A stretch of DNA of 54,235 nt, filler included, from Jimgerdemannia flammicorona (taxonomy: Eukaryota), in the NCBI GenBank assembly GCA_003990765.1. It is 3 parts of 3 records of this genome, joined end to end, with 100 filler letters (N's around TTAATTAATTAA, not from the genome) between each part and the next. Parts side by side here need not be neighbours in the genome. Positions count along the whole stretch, not along the records: positions 18,115 to 36,125 come from RBNJ01002330.1; 2 more parts are not named here. One strand, given 5' to 3'. Shown piece by piece: positions 22,533 to 36,125 of this stretch. Below the pieces are notes generated by a model, which was not told where the DNA came from, made no database searches, and saw only the letters and a program-made list of their open reading frames with translations. Position 1 is the stretch's first letter, and each line of letters opens with the position of its first letter. Made by a program: the position numbers and the translations under genes.

Positions 22533-24682
22533 ATAACTATAACTATTAGTTGAAAATTCTATAGAAATTTTCATAGAAATTTCATTAGAAATTTCAGTAG
22601 TTTTATAGATATATAATGATTCATTATATTAAGTATATTTAAATTTTATTAAAATATGAGTTATATATAAAGCTTAAGAAGTGTGAATTTTCAAAAAATA
22701 AGTTAAATATCTTAGCTATATTATTTCTGTATAAGAAATTCAAATAAACTTATATAAGATAGAAATAATTCAATAATGATCTAAATCAGTAAATCTCATA
22801 TATAAGGTCTACTAATACTATATTAAGTTCTAAATTGAGATAGCTACTTAATCAGAAATTAGACATAATTAAAAAGAATAGATTATTAAATATCAGATCT
22901 CTTATATATTGATAACTATTACTAAGTAAGTTTATAAGTTATTTAAGAATGATAAATCAGTCTTAGTCTATTTTTACAGAGTAATATTAGGTGATTATAT
23001 ATAAATAAGAAGGCTTTATTGAGAATATAATAATTTCTTAGTTATATCTTAATTATAGTATTTTTTATTTCTTTTTAGTTTTTTCTTATCTATTTTTAAA
23101 TATTTCACAATATTCCACTATCTTCTAAATACTTAGAAATCCTCTCTTAGTATCAAAACTTCACTAGAATATTCTTATCTTATTTTAGCATCAAGTATCT
23201 TATTTTAGCTAGTTATAGAATTTTTTAAAATATTATAAGATTCTATTACTTATCTTTATTAAAAACTATTCTTTTGGCTTTTCTTTTTATTTTTAAGATT
23301 CTTCTAGATCTTTTTTTTAGATCTTATAAATATTCTCTTTTTCTACTTAAATAAAGTTTAGTTTATTTTTTTCCAAAAAATCTTCAAGACTACTTATATT
23401 TATAAGTATCTTTTTAAGCTACTTTAAGTTTACTAGAACTTTCCTGATTAGCTATTTTCTTTTAAAGAAATTAGAACTATTATAGAAAAAATATAATTAT
23501 ATAAATCATATAGTATAAGAATATATAGCTTATAGAAGCTTGAGAGTTTAAATAAAATATCTCAGAGATGAGATTATCTATTTAGGAGAAAGTTATAATA
23601 GGTGATCTAAATTAGAAATAAAAATTAGATGATAAATATTTAATTATAATATCTGAATCTAATATCTAATATAGTATAGTATTATAGTTAGCAGTTACTC
23701 AATCTTATAGATATAAGAATCTTATAATTATAAGAATCTTATACTTATAAGAACTTATAAATTATATTAAGGATCTTATAGAAAAAGAAGTTCTAACTTA
23801 ACTAATATAGCTAGCAAACTTATATAAATATCTTCAGTATCTAAAATAAATAAACTATAGATTAAAATAGTTCAAAGATAAAAAAACAAGAGAACTAATA
23901 AGTCTGTAAATAGATATACTTTGACCTTACTCACTTCTGTACTCTTGAGAACTCTGAGGAGTTAAAGAAGATCAAGTTTTCAAAATAAAGAAATCTGCTA
24001 CACTTCTAAGGTTAAGTATCTACTATATTATAATATATTATATAATATATCACTAGTAGATATAATATTATTAGATAATAATAATTACTCTTTATAAGAT
24101 TTGAATATCTAACTACTAAACTTTTAGTTCTTATCTTATTAAATTTTGACTAAATATAATTATTCTTATATAATTTTAAAATTTAATAAGAATATTTATT
24201 TTAAAAAGAGAGATATAATAATTTCTTTAGTTATAGCTTATTTTTATATTATTTTTCTATTCTTTCTTAAATATTTCATAATGTTCTAATATTTTTTTCT
24301 TTCTTAGTATTAAGACTTTATTAGAATATATATTTTCTTAATACTAACTATCTTATTTTAGTTAGTTATAGAATCTACTAAAATATTTTAAAGCTTTATT
24401 AGTTATCTTTTACCAAGACTACTTTCTTAGTTTTTTATTTTATTTCTAAGATTCTTTCAGATCTTTCTTTTAGATCTTATATAAATATCTTTTCTGTCTA
24501 CTTAAATAAAGCTCAGATATATATTAATTATAATTTTTAGCTATAAAAATTTAGAGATCTGAATATTTTATAAACTTTTAAAACAAGCTGATGAATTTCT
24601 CAAGTAAATATAAAATAGTTTAGAAGAAAACTACTAGAATAGATGATTTATTAAAACTTTATGAAGAGATGATTTTCAATTC
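22533..24682. mobile_element. Extremely AT-rich eroded repeat relic, possibly a TIR DNA transposon
   Basis: Essentially no CpG, TpA-rich, no ORFs. Internal direct repeat ~23030-23360 / ~24218-24515; weak inverted similarity between ~22548-22605 and ~24625-24682. Confidence 0.5.
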
Positions 24683-24857
24683 ACACACCTTCATGCCCGA
24701 CAGAAAAATGGTAACGCACAGCAAAATCCAGAACCCATCACCATAAAAACTGCCTTCCCCCGAAAGGAGCCATTGTGCCGTTTACACCATCTATACCCAC
24801 ACAGACATCGCACATTAATTAGCATCTGCGGGCATTTCCAGTATGGCACAGCAAGGG

Positions 24858-24892
24858 CTCGTGGTAAGTTGGGTCCTTCCAGATGTCGGCTG
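24858..24892 (-). pseudogene. Scrap of BTB-SPRY exon 1 (DIWKDPTYH)
   Basis: Matches SIWKDPTYHD of the cluster genes. Confidence 0.55.
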
Positions 24893-25423
24893 TGGGATAA
24901 TTCAAAATTATTCTGTTTTGATCTGAGTCGTGATGCAGCATTTGAGCAGCTGATAACAGAAGGCTGTCTTTTTTTTTTTTTTTTTTTTTTTTGGTTGCTA
25001 AAGTAGATCTTGATGTGAAAGAGAATGTGTGTATGTGCTGAAAATTAAGCCAAGGTTCCAGAGCTCCCTTCAACTCCATCTAGTAAAACAGAAATTTGAA
25101 CCTTCAAACATTCATTGGAAATGCTAGCATCGATCCCAGGCCAAGGATCGGAGGTATTTCAAACTGTATGGGATATAGGGTTGGATTTTGACATTCTTGG
25201 TTCTGGATCGAATGTATGACGTTTAATCACACAGAACTCGGGTATTCTGAAACAGGACAATTTGTTGTGTTCACATTCACATAGAAGATATGACAGACAC
25301 AAATCACTACAGCTACAACATATAATTACAGTTCATGAAGTTACAGCATTGAATTTAATACAGAATGATAATAATATTCACTTATTAAGTTAAGAGTAGA
25401 TGAACCATCCATGACCTCATCAT

Positions 25424-26936
25424 TCAGCCTCGAAGCGCTTTTATCCGGTACTTGGATTGTAAACGTAAGCCCACGGCAGGGTACACCTTATTGGGGAGAT
25501 TGCTCCAAGCTGTTCCGTAATTGAATCCGTTGATCGAAAGGGCGCAAGTATGGTCATTCCGGTTTAAATGCAAGGTTATGACATCGCCGTTTGCAATTTG
25601 TTTTCCGTATTTACGAATATCATTTCCAGCCATCGTACGTTGGGCGCCATCCCAGGATTGGAAACACCATGCAGATGGCTTAGCTCCCATATGACAATTA
25701 AAATGTGTAAATTCCTCTCCAACTAAACCGATCTCACAGACTTGCGATCCAATGAATTCAACAACAATGTCCCATTCGCATAGCTCATTGTGAACCATCG
25801 TCCCGGGAGCGGAAAGCCGTGCTGTGCTATAATTGTAACTCCCCGATGGAAGCTCCACAACCTGGCCATCTTCCGAAACAACCACTTGAGAGCCGATTTT
25901 AGTTCGATCCCACTGAAGATTGACATTGTGACGCGCCTTTCCGCGATTTGCAGACGGGTGCCCTGTAGGGCATACGGTGTTCTTGCAGGCGTGATGGCAA
26001 AATGCCATGTAGTGTGGAGAGGTTTCCGCAAACGTGTCGGCTGCTTCCGCGAGGGTCTTGAGTCGATGTGGGCAGACGAGTGTGAGGTCAAAGTGGCTCA
26101 TCATTTTGAGCAGCAAAGCGCGCGACGCACCATCTCCAAGCCGGATCGTCCCGTCGCACCCCGTAACCATATCGTTAATGTCATGGAGAACTGCATGGCG
26201 CTCCGAAGCCGACGGCGCGTTATCGTTGCGTCCCCAAACCCAGTCGACGACGCACAGCAATAATTCGTGCTCGGATGTGGAAAGGGGCATTGCCTCGGTG
26301 AGGAGCAGCTCGAGGGCCTCTTCGGAGAGATCAGTCAGCTCACCTATGGCGAGCTTGTGAGAGCGGAAGGGGTTGAAGAGCACGTCGTAGAGGTCCTTGT
26401 TGGCTTCGCTCCAGGGGATAGCGGTGACGGCTTCGTTGAGAAGCGATGAGGCAACACCAAAATCAGCAAGGTCGTACGCTCGCTCCAGTACCATTTTCAT
26501 GAGCTTGGGGAGGAAGAGAAAGTTTGCTGCGCGATATATTCCTACCGCGATGGAAATGTTGACAGCGTTGTCGATGGTTTCAGTGTGAATGAAACCGAGG
26601 ACGATGTTGAATACCGCAGAGGTGATATCGTTGAGGACGACACGTTGAGAGGAACCCTCGTGCATGTTTCCGTACAGCATCGCCTTAAAAACTGGGCATC
26701 TTTTAAGAGAACATATAAAATCAGATGTATGAAAAGTATCGAAAACGATGACACAACTAAACTGTATAAAATTATCAAAATCGGACAAACCTTGAAGCTA
26801 GCACAGCACGGCATGCGCCCAGCTCGACGCCGTCGGCGCAGACGATGGTCACGTCGTGGTAGGTTGAGTCCTTCCAGATGGAAGCGATGTCGTCCTTGAG
26901 GTTAAGACCGCTCTCTGATTGCTCGACCATGTTCAT
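25424..26936 (-). CDS. BTB/POZ plus B30.2/SPRY domain protein, copy 1 (2 exons, 473 aa, intact)
   Basis: Exon 1 26936-26791 (YHDVTIVC...ACRAVLASR), GT-AG intron 26790-26700, exon 2 26699-25424. BTB motif CPVFKAMLYGNM; SPRY motifs EWDIVVE, IGLV, GDVITLHL and VYPAV. Total 1422 nt, divisible by 3. Confidence 0.92.
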
Positions 26937-27169
26937 AAAAGTGAGAGAAATAAAGAGTTTTGTTTGGGAAGGTTGAGGTTGAGGTGTGGTTTCGGCTGCG
27001 GAAAGAGTTCCTTTGTTTTTATATCTAAATCGTGGCGCAGCTTTGACAAGGTTTATATTGTCAAAGTGACCGAAGCCATTTTCGCAGAGCGTATTGATGA
27101 CGTTTACATGATGACGTAGTCAGGCTGCGGCTGCGCCACCACATATCGAGTTGCTATAACTAAGATATT

Positions 27170-27597
27170 TCAACACCATTTTCATGAGCTTGGGGAGGAG
27201 GAGAAAGTTTGCTGCGCGGTATATTCCTACCGCGATGGAAATGTTGACGGCGTTATCGATGGTTTCGGTGTGAATGAAGCCGAGCACAATGTTGAGCACC
27301 GTGAAGGTGATATCATTGAGGGCAACGCGCTGAGAGGAGCCCTCTTGCATGTTTCCATATAACATCGCCTTGAAGACTGGGCATCTTTTAAGTAACCACA
27401 TAAAATCAGGCATGGAAAAGGTGCACGAAAAACGACGAACACAACTGTGTAATTGAACAAACCTTGAAGCCAGTACGCACGGCCTCGACACCGTCAGCGC
27501 AGACAATGGTCACATCGTGGTAAGTTGCGTCCTTCCAGATGGAAGCGATGTCGTCCTTGAGACTAAGACCGATGTCGGATTGCTCGACCGTGTTCAT
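27170..27597 (-). pseudogene. BTB-SPRY copy 2, 3'-truncated (BTB only)
   Basis: Exon 1 has a small deletion after GVE; exon 2 homology stops after LMKMVL. Confidence 0.82.
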
Positions 27598-28179
27598 AAA
27601 AGCGAGTGAAATAAAGAGTTTTGCTTAGGCTGAGACGTGATTTCGACTGCAGTAAGAATTTCTTGTTTTTATATCTAATTAAATCGTTGAGAAGCCAATT
27701 CGGCGGCAAGCTCCTTCGTATGTGCAAATGTCGAAATGTTTACATCATTGTTCCAGCACATAATAATGGAGTGTATTGTGGACCATCCAACTCAACGCAT
27801 CGTATCGGGATGCCACGCCTCGAGATTACAATTACCAAATTGTAGTGCAATATCCAAAACGGTATTTCTACTATTCAAATGTTCATTAGAGATGCTAGTT
27901 TTGGGTTTTGGCTAGTAATTCGGCCCCGCCTTCAGCACTTAATGGATCGGAGTAGTTTGTGCTGCGTGGAGTGTGCGCTGAATTTCTATCCAGGTTCTGA
28001 ATTGCATATATTAGAGCTTGTATATAGACTTACATGCAGAAATTTACTTTTAATATCTTACTTAAGGTGAATATAAAGAACAATGCGAAAATGTGAAGAC
28101 GTTACAAAGTAGACTTTGAAGCAGAATAATAACTATTGCTAAGCTAAAAGCAGATGAACCATTCTTGACCGCATCGACA

Positions 28180-30154
28180 ACCCCCATCCGATACTTCGAT
28201 CCTAACCATAAGGTCACGGCAGGGTACACCTTGTCGGGGAGATTGCTCCTGGCTGTACCGTAATTGATTCCATTGATTGAAAGAGCACATGTATGTTCAT
28301 TTAGGTTTAAATGCGAGGTTACGATATCGCCATTTTTAATTTTTTTTGCCGTATTTACTTTTGGTTCTTTCAACCATCGTATATTGGTCGTTGGTATCGA
28401 AGCAGGAGGTCCATCCATATGGCTTCGTTGCCATGGATCTATCAAAATATCTGAATTCCTCTCCAACGACCCCCATCATTAAGTTCAATGGATTCAACGA
28501 CAATGTCCCAATCGCATAAACCGTTGTGAACCTTCATCCCGGAGACAGAAAGCCGTGCAGTCTGTTATGTCAATATCGAAGTTCCCCATGGAAACTCCAC
28601 AACCTGGCCATCTTCCGAGACGATCACTTGAGAACCAATTTTCGATCGATCCCACTGGAGACTGCCATTGTGATTTGCCATTCCGCGACTTTCGAAAGGA
28701 TGACCCGTAGGACATACGGTGTTCTTGCAATCGTGGTGGGAAAACGCCATGTAGTATGAGAGGTCTCCGCAAACGTGTCGACTGCGTCTGTGAGGACTTT
28801 GAGTCGATGCGGACAGATGAGCGTGAAGTCAGAGTGATTCGTCATTTTAAGCAGCAAGGCACGCGACGCTCCATCTCCCAACCGGACAGTATCGTCCCGT
28901 AACCATGTTGTTGACGTCATGCAGAACAGAACGGTGCTTCGAAGCCGACGGCGCGTTCTCGCTATGTGCCCAGACCCAGTCGACGACGCCCAACAATAGG
29001 TCGTGCTCGGGAGTGACAAGGGTCGCTGCCTTGGTGAGGAGCACCTCGAGGGCCTCTTCGGAGAGATCAGTTAGCTCACCGATGGCGATATTGTGAGCGC
29101 AGAAGGGATTGAGAAGCGCGTCGTAGAGGTTTTTGTTGGCTTCGCTCCAGGTGATGGCGGCGACAGCTTCGTTGAGAAGCGATGAGGCGACACCAAAATC
29201 AGCGAGGTCGTGCGTGCGTTCCAGCGCCATCTTCATGAGCTTTGGAAGGAGTGGAAAGCTTGCTGCGCAATATGTACCCACCAATATAGTTATGAACGTA
29301 GTTCAAACTTCGGCAAAGTGGCCGAACCGCGGACATTCATGCAGTTGCGCAAATTAGTTTCCTCGCAACCTAAGCATCTTAAGATGGCATAAGTCTCAGT
29401 TTACGCCAGTTTCGCCCCGTTGCAATTTAAATGCTAGCACCAGTTTCAGTACCTGTTTCGTTTCGCACCCGTTCAATTTAAATGTTAGCGCTAGTTTTAG
29501 TTTAGCACCTGTCTTTTAGTTTGCCCCGCTGGATCTATCTACATCCAAGATGGGTGCTTCGCCAGTTAAGCTGTAGCAATTGTAATCCTTTTACGCATCC
29601 CTCCCGCCCATTCCCCTGTCAAAATATAAATGCTCGGCCTCTTCGCGCAGAAGCACGAATGGCGGGCCTTGGAAGCGTTTTTACGCTTCATACAAGCCAA
29701 ACCCATGTTGCGCCGTGTTCTCGTCCTTCTTTTCTTTTCTCTCCCTTTGATTAAGTTGGGTTTCTTTTCGCAGTTATTTGGACATTTTACGCGTAAGGAC
29801 ACTTTGCGACGGAAATGTTGACGGTGTTGTCGATGGTTTCGGTGTGAATGAAGCCGAGGACAATGTTGAGTACCGCAGAGGTGATATCGTTGAGGACGAC
29901 GCGAGGAAGCCTCTCGCATATCTCCATACAGTATCGCCTTAAATAATGGGCATCTTTTAAGAGACCGCATGAAATTAGGTGTGTGGAAAGTAAGAGAATC
30001 GAAATCGGACAAACCTTGAAGCCAGTACGACACGGCACGCGCCTAGCTCGACACCATCAGCGCAGACGATGGTCACATCGTGGTAGGTTGAGTCCTTCCA
30101 GATGGCGGCGGTGTCGTCTCTGAGATTAAGACCGCTGTCGGAATGCTCGGCCAT
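28180..30154 (-). pseudogene. BTB-SPRY copy 3, frameshifted and split by a ~520-bp insertion
   Basis: 5' part 30154-29806 and 3' part 29282-28180 resume at adjacent codons (NISVA / VGTYCAASF); several frameshifts. Confidence 0.85.
29283..29805. mobile_element. Non-coding insertion in BTB-SPRY copy 3, possible MITE-like element
   Basis: Absent from paralogues. Imperfect inverted pair GCAAAGTGGCC (~29313) / GGACACTTTGC (~29797); internal repeat CAATTTAAATG(C/T)TAGC twice. No clear TSD. Confidence 0.4.
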
Positions 30155-30854
30155 GTTTATAAAGCGAGAAAAATAAAGGAACAGTGAGGTGTAATTTCGG
30201 TATATATCTGAATCGTGGCGCAGCTTTGCGTTACGATGGGTGAATCGTCGTCAGCGCAGTATTTTATTTGCACGGACAGTTGATAAGTTATAAAAACGCA
30301 ACGTTTCACCAGTTTGTGTGTTCCCTGGAATGTCTACGCCCTGCCGAGAAATTTCGCCACTGTATTGATTGAAGATCAGTGTTTATTATTGCCATATAAT
30401 TATATACGAAATTATCAACTCCGTCTAATAAAATATATCCAACACAGAGTTTCGACTTCTCAATTGTTCGCTGGAAATGCTAATCTTGGTTAAGGCCCAG
30501 CCAGGGCGCCTTCAGCGCTTATGAATGTACCATTGGAGTTTGACGTCCCTGATTCTGGAATGTAAAATCACAGCTGCGAGCTCGAATATGACGATGAATA
30601 TCATAAAGCAACATCGCATGCATGTCACACTTTGCTATACATGTACTTGTGTATATGGTACCGCGTACCGGTACTGAAAGTTGGTGATGAAGAAGCAAAA
30701 TTTATTGATAACATTCAATCGCCGTTTAGACAACGGCACTACCTAAAGATATCACAGATTATAATTGCTATAGCTACAATATATACAGTGCATAAATATG
30801 TTACAAACAGTTTGATACAGAACGATGGCAGTATTTGTATTAGCGATGGACCAT

Positions 30855-32357
30855 TCATGACCTTATTATTCGGTCTCTGCGATCTTTTATCCGATACTTG
30901 CAAAGATGGCATAAGGTCACAGCAGGGTACACCTTTTCGGGAAGATTGGTCCAGGCTGTCCCGTAATTGATTCCGTTGATCGAAAGGGCACAGCTGTGAT
31001 CATTTATATTTAAATGCAAGGTTATGACATCGCCATTTTGAATGTGGCTGCCATAAACATGAGAGCTTCTTCCATTAAAAGTACGATGGCCATTGTTGTA
31101 GGATTGAAAACCCCATGTATACGGCTGGTTGGTCATGTAACTATCAAAATATGTGAATTCCTCTCCAACGAGCCCAATCACACAGGCGCCTTGGGTGCCA
31201 AGTGATTCAACGACAATGTCCCATTCGCACAAATCGTTGTGAACCTTCGTGCCGGGAACAGAAAGTCGTGCGGTCTGTATCGAACCTCTTGACGGAAGCT
31301 CCACAACCTGGCCATCTCCCGAAACGACCACTTGAGAGCCGATTTTCGATCCATCCCACTGGAGATAGGCCCTTCCGCGACTTGCGGAAGGATGACCTGT
31401 AGGACATACGGTGTTCTTGCAGGCATGGTGGCAAAACGCCATGTAGTGAGGAGAGGTTTCCGCAAACGTGTCGACTGCTTCCACGAGGGTCTTGAGTCGA
31501 TGCGGACAGACGAGCGTAAGGTCAAAGTGACTTATCATTTTGAGAAGCAAGGCGCGCGACGCTCCGTCTCCCAGCCGGACAGTTTCTTCGCACCCCGCAG
31601 CCATCTCGTTGATGTCGTGCAGAACAGAACGGCGCTCCGAAGCTGACGGCGCGTTATTGTTACGTGCCCAAACCCAGTCGACGACGCACAACAATAAGTC
31701 GTGCTCGGACGTGGCAAGGGTCGATCCCTCGGTGAGGAGCAACTCGAGGGCTTCTTCGGACAGATCCGTCAGCTCGCCGATGGCGAGCTCCTGAGTGCGA
31801 AATGGGTTGAGGAGCACGTTGTAGAGGTCCTTGTTGGCTTCGCTCCAGGGGATGGCGGTGACGGCTTCGTTGAGAAGCGATGAGGTGACACCAAAATCAG
31901 CGGGGTCGTGCGCCTTTTCCAGCACCATCTTCATGAGCTTGGGGAGGAGGAGAAAGCTTGCTGCGCGATATATTCCTACCGCGACGGAAATGTTGACAGT
32001 ATTTTCGATGGCTTCGGTGTAAATGAACTCGAGGACAATGTTGAGCACCGCGGAGGTGATGTCTTTGAGGACGACGCGATGAAACGAACCCTCTCGCATA
32101 TTTCCGTACAGCATAACCTTGAAGACTGGGCATCTTTTATAAAATCAGGTGTGGAAAGTGTCATCAAAAAAGGCGGACACAATTAAACTTTGTAAGAGAA
32201 TCTGAATTCGGGCAAACCTTGAAGCCAGTACGGCACGGCACGCGCCTAGCTCGACACCGTCAACGCAGACGATAGTCACGTCGTGGTAGGTTGGGTCCTT
32301 CCAAATGGAGGCGATGTCGTCCCTGAGGCTAAAACCGCTGTCGTAGTGCTCGACCAT
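30855..32357 (-). CDS. BTB/POZ plus B30.2/SPRY domain protein, copy 4 (2 exons, 472 aa, intact)
   Basis: Exon 1 32357-32218, GT-AG intron, exon 2 32133-30855. Total 1419 nt, divisible by 3; same motifs as copy 1. Confidence 0.92.
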
Positions 32358-33030
32358 GTTTGTAAAAGCGAGAGAAATAATGGGAAGGTTGGGATTTCGG
32401 CTGCGGAATAATGTCTCTGTATATACATACAAATCGTGGCGCAGTGTTGGTAAGGTTAGTGCTTCGATCGACAATAGAAACCTATCGCATAGACTTATTT
32501 ATTGAACACACATTTGTATGTGAAAAACGGTTGAGAGGTCTACATCGTCGACCCAGCACATAGAAAGAAAAGTGCACTGTGGAGCATCCGACGCAACGCA
32601 TCGCACGGCGATGCCACGCTTTGACGCTTAGCGCCGCAGGTCGATTTACATTGTTCCCGTGGGTAGTCCATGTGATATAATGATCAAATTAGGAATACGT
32701 GCTCCTACATTCGTTACCCATGAATTTGACGATCAGTGTTTGTTACAACTCCACCTAGAAGAATATATCCAAACCGGATTTTTACAATCTAACGATTATT
32801 GGAGACACTAGTCTTGGTTTAGCTATCAGCTGCCTTCAGAATGTTCCATTGGATTGACGTTTCTCAACAACGCTAATTAAAGATAGTAGACACGAGTCAT
32901 TAATTAATTGCTATGGTTACAATATATACAGCTCACGATAATACAACATAGGCTTTGGTACGGATGATGACGGTATTCATGTGTTTATTTTACTAAGCCA
33001 AGAGCAGATGGACCATCCATGACCTCATCA

Positions 33031-34465
33031 TTTAGTATCGATAATCCTTTATCCGATATTTATATCCCCTACTTAAGGATACACCATGTTGGGGATAATG
33101 CTCCAGGCTGTCTCTAATTGAATCCATTTATCGAAATGGCACAGGTGTGGTTACGTAGGTTTCAATGCAAGGTTATAGCATCGCCATTTTCAATACGTTT
33201 TCCATAATGGCAACATTTTGTTTCGTCAAATTTACGTTGGTAGTTTTTGGAGGATTCGAAAGCCCATACATACGGCCAATCTGCCATGTAACCATCAAAA
33301 TGTGTGAATTTCTCTTCAACGAGTCCAATCCCTCAAAAACTCATAGTGCCAACGGGTTCAACGACAATGTCCCACTCGCATATATGGTTGTAAACTTTCG
33401 CCCCGGGGACGGAAAGCTGAGCTGTTCGTGCCGAAACGTCTAATGGAAGCTCCATAACCTGGCCGTCTTCTGAAATGACCACTTGTGAACCAATCTTCGA
33501 TCCATCTCACTGGAGATTGGCATTGTGACGCACCTTTCCGCGACGTGTAGACGGATGCTCGGCAGGGTATACGGTGTTCTTGCAAAAACGCCATGGAGTG
33601 TGGAGATATCTCTGCAAACGTGTTGACTGCCTCCGTGAGGATCTTGAGTCGATGCGGGCAGATGAGCGTGATGTCAAAATGGCTCATAATTTTGAATAGC
33701 AAGGCGTGCGACGCATCATCTCCTAGTCTGACCGTGCCGTCGCACCCCGCAACCATATCATTGATGTCATGCAAAACAGCATGGCGCTCCGAAGCCGACG
33801 GTGCGTTCTCGTTGCGTGCCCAGACCCAGTCGAAGACGCACAACAATAGGTCGTTCTCGGGCGTGGCAAGGGTTGGAAGTAGCTCGAGGGCCTCTTCGGA
33901 GAGATTAGTCAGCTCGCCGATGGCAAGTTTATGGGCGCCGAAGGGATTGAAGAGCACTTCGTAGAGGTCTTTGTCGGTTTCGCTCCGCGACAGCTTCGTT
34001 GAGAAGCTATGAAACGACACCAAGGTTAACGTGGTCGTGCACGCGCTCCAGCACCATCTCCATGAGTTTGGGGAGGAGGAGAAAACTTGCTGCGCGGTAT
34101 ATTCCTATCACGATTGAAATGACTGTATTGTTGATGGCTTCGGTGTGAATGAGATGTTGAACACCGCGAGGTGATGATGTTAAAGGCAACGCGATGAAAG
34201 GAACCCTCTCGCATGTATCCGTATAGCATCGCTTAAAACTGAGCATCTTTTTTAAAAGATCATATGAAATCAGGTGTGTGGAAAGTGTCGTGAAAAACGA
34301 CGGACACATAGAAGGATCGAAATCCGACAAACTTTGCAGTATGGCATGGCGTGCTCCTATCTCGACACCATCTGCGCAGACGATAGTCACATCGTGATAG
34401 GTTGAGTCCTTCCAAATGGAAGTGATATCGACCTTGAGGCTAAGACCGCTGTCAATCATGTTCAT
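33031..34465 (-). pseudogene. BTB-SPRY copy 5, multiple deletions and frameshifts
   Basis: Homologous pieces in different frames (34007..34465, 34026..34229, 33358..34023); splice donor region deleted. Confidence 0.85.
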
Positions 34466-34680
34466 AAAAGCGAGAGAAATAAAGGAGTTTGTTTAGGATT
34501 ATTAAGGTGCGATTACGGCTGTGGAAAGAATCCCTGTTATGTATATACCTAAACGTTCACAAAAAAAAAAAAAAAAAAAAAAAGAGCAACAGCATTGTGG
34601 AGCGTCCTGTGCGGGAAGTACATAATTATGATATAAAAATGGAGTCACTTCACTAGTTCATCTATTCTCGTCATTACTCA

Positions 34681-34766
34681 GATGTCCAGATGCTATGTTG
34701 GCTGATATTGATTAATCGAATTAGATGTCCAGATGCTATGTTAGCTGATATTGATTAATCAAATTA
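34681..34766. repeat. 43-bp tandem duplication (2 copies)
   Basis: GATGTCCAGATGCTATGTT(G/A)GCTGATATTGATTAATC(G/A)AATTA twice. Confidence 0.85.
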
Positions 34767-35181
34767 TTCTGAAGATCAGGCGCATGTTTTTTTTTTTTTT
34801 TTTTTTTTTGTCAAACAGACGAAGGGCGTGTAAGAATCGCACTGACGAACCGAAAGAGAATTCGTATATGAAACATGAATCTGGGATCCTAGAGTGGTGA
34901 ATATATCCGAAACAGAATTTCGATGCCGGGTTTAGTACGATAAGCCTGTGGTTTGCAATGTAGTATCCAATGCTAGTTGTTTAATCATAGTTGGTAGAGA
35001 AGTGAGTGAACAAAAAATTCTTGCAAATGGCGCGTATCCGTCGGATTTCTGTCCCGAAAGCATGGTGAGTCGAATATGAAGACAAAAATTGTTGAAACAT
35101 GAAATGTGGGTTCAATCAGTAAAAACCCGCTTTGTGCAAATAGTGCCTCAGAAGTTCTCCCTTACATTTTCGTCTATGTTC

Positions 35182-35217
<36 letters not shown>

Positions 35218-36125
35218 AAGAGAGAACAAATAGCTTTTGCTGGTATCCAACAAAGCCGAAACATATTCATCGAAAGGTTGGAGATAAGTAGCAATAACTG
35301 ACCGCTCCACTTGGGCGACTCCTAATTCGAAGAAAGTCACCAACACCTTCGGCGAAATCCCAATTCTCTCATACCTTTTGGCAAGGATCAAGTGGCATAT
35401 CCGTTGTTAATAGTTTGTCAACGACACGAAACCATTGTACTGAGAACACCGGACGCTTCAGCTTTAAAAATGAGATTGATAGGCTTTATCGCAACCTCGA
35501 GTGATTAATGCTGTATGCTTGGGTGGCAGAACGAGACATGTTTTCGCACGGAGAAACAAAAAATCGATGCGTAGAATTGGTATTAGAACCAGTTGAACGT
35601 CTAGGGATGCCCTGTGCCCAACTTTCGTGATCGCTAGAACCCTGAGCTCGGAACTTACGAACGAGCCGCCGTCAGTCAAGGATGAACGAGAACTTGGATA
35701 GATGTCTACTCGCGACATCCGCCTTCTGCCACCCAACCGGGAAACGTGTGTGTTTCATGAACAGGATACCAACATGGAACATCAAACATCCCCAGCACTC
35801 TCCGCCCTCACAAACCCCCATCACGAAACAATGGACGAACTTGGGAACCCTAGTCGTGACAACTCATAGATTGGCCTACATATATTACGCAGTACCTTAA
35901 GCTACGTTCACAGCGAACAAACAGAAAAAATAGCGGGAAACTGAAGCGGTGACAAAAAACAGGGGCAGAGAAACATATAAATGTGAAGAAAAGAATTTCC
36001 ATATCAACCAAGCAGATATATATGGATTTGTATATCGTTTGTAGAGGCACGGGCCGACCAGCGAAACAGCGTGCCGGAGCACAGGGACGCGGTGAGTCTC
36101 GAGCTCCGAAGAGCAAGAAGGGAAA

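Noticed and set aside
25424..26788. Track ORF start MSDFDNF... for BTB-SPRY copy 1
   Set aside because: It reads through the intron; the true N-terminus is exon 1 at 26936-26791, conserved in all paralogues.
34561..35220. Poly(A)/poly(T) tracts as retroposon tails
   Set aside because: No associated TSD or element body; similar homopolymers occur throughout the intergenic DNA here.
34800..36125. Possible gene in the CpG-rich end of contig 2
   Set aside because: Only short ORFs without recognisable motifs; cannot be supported from sequence alone.
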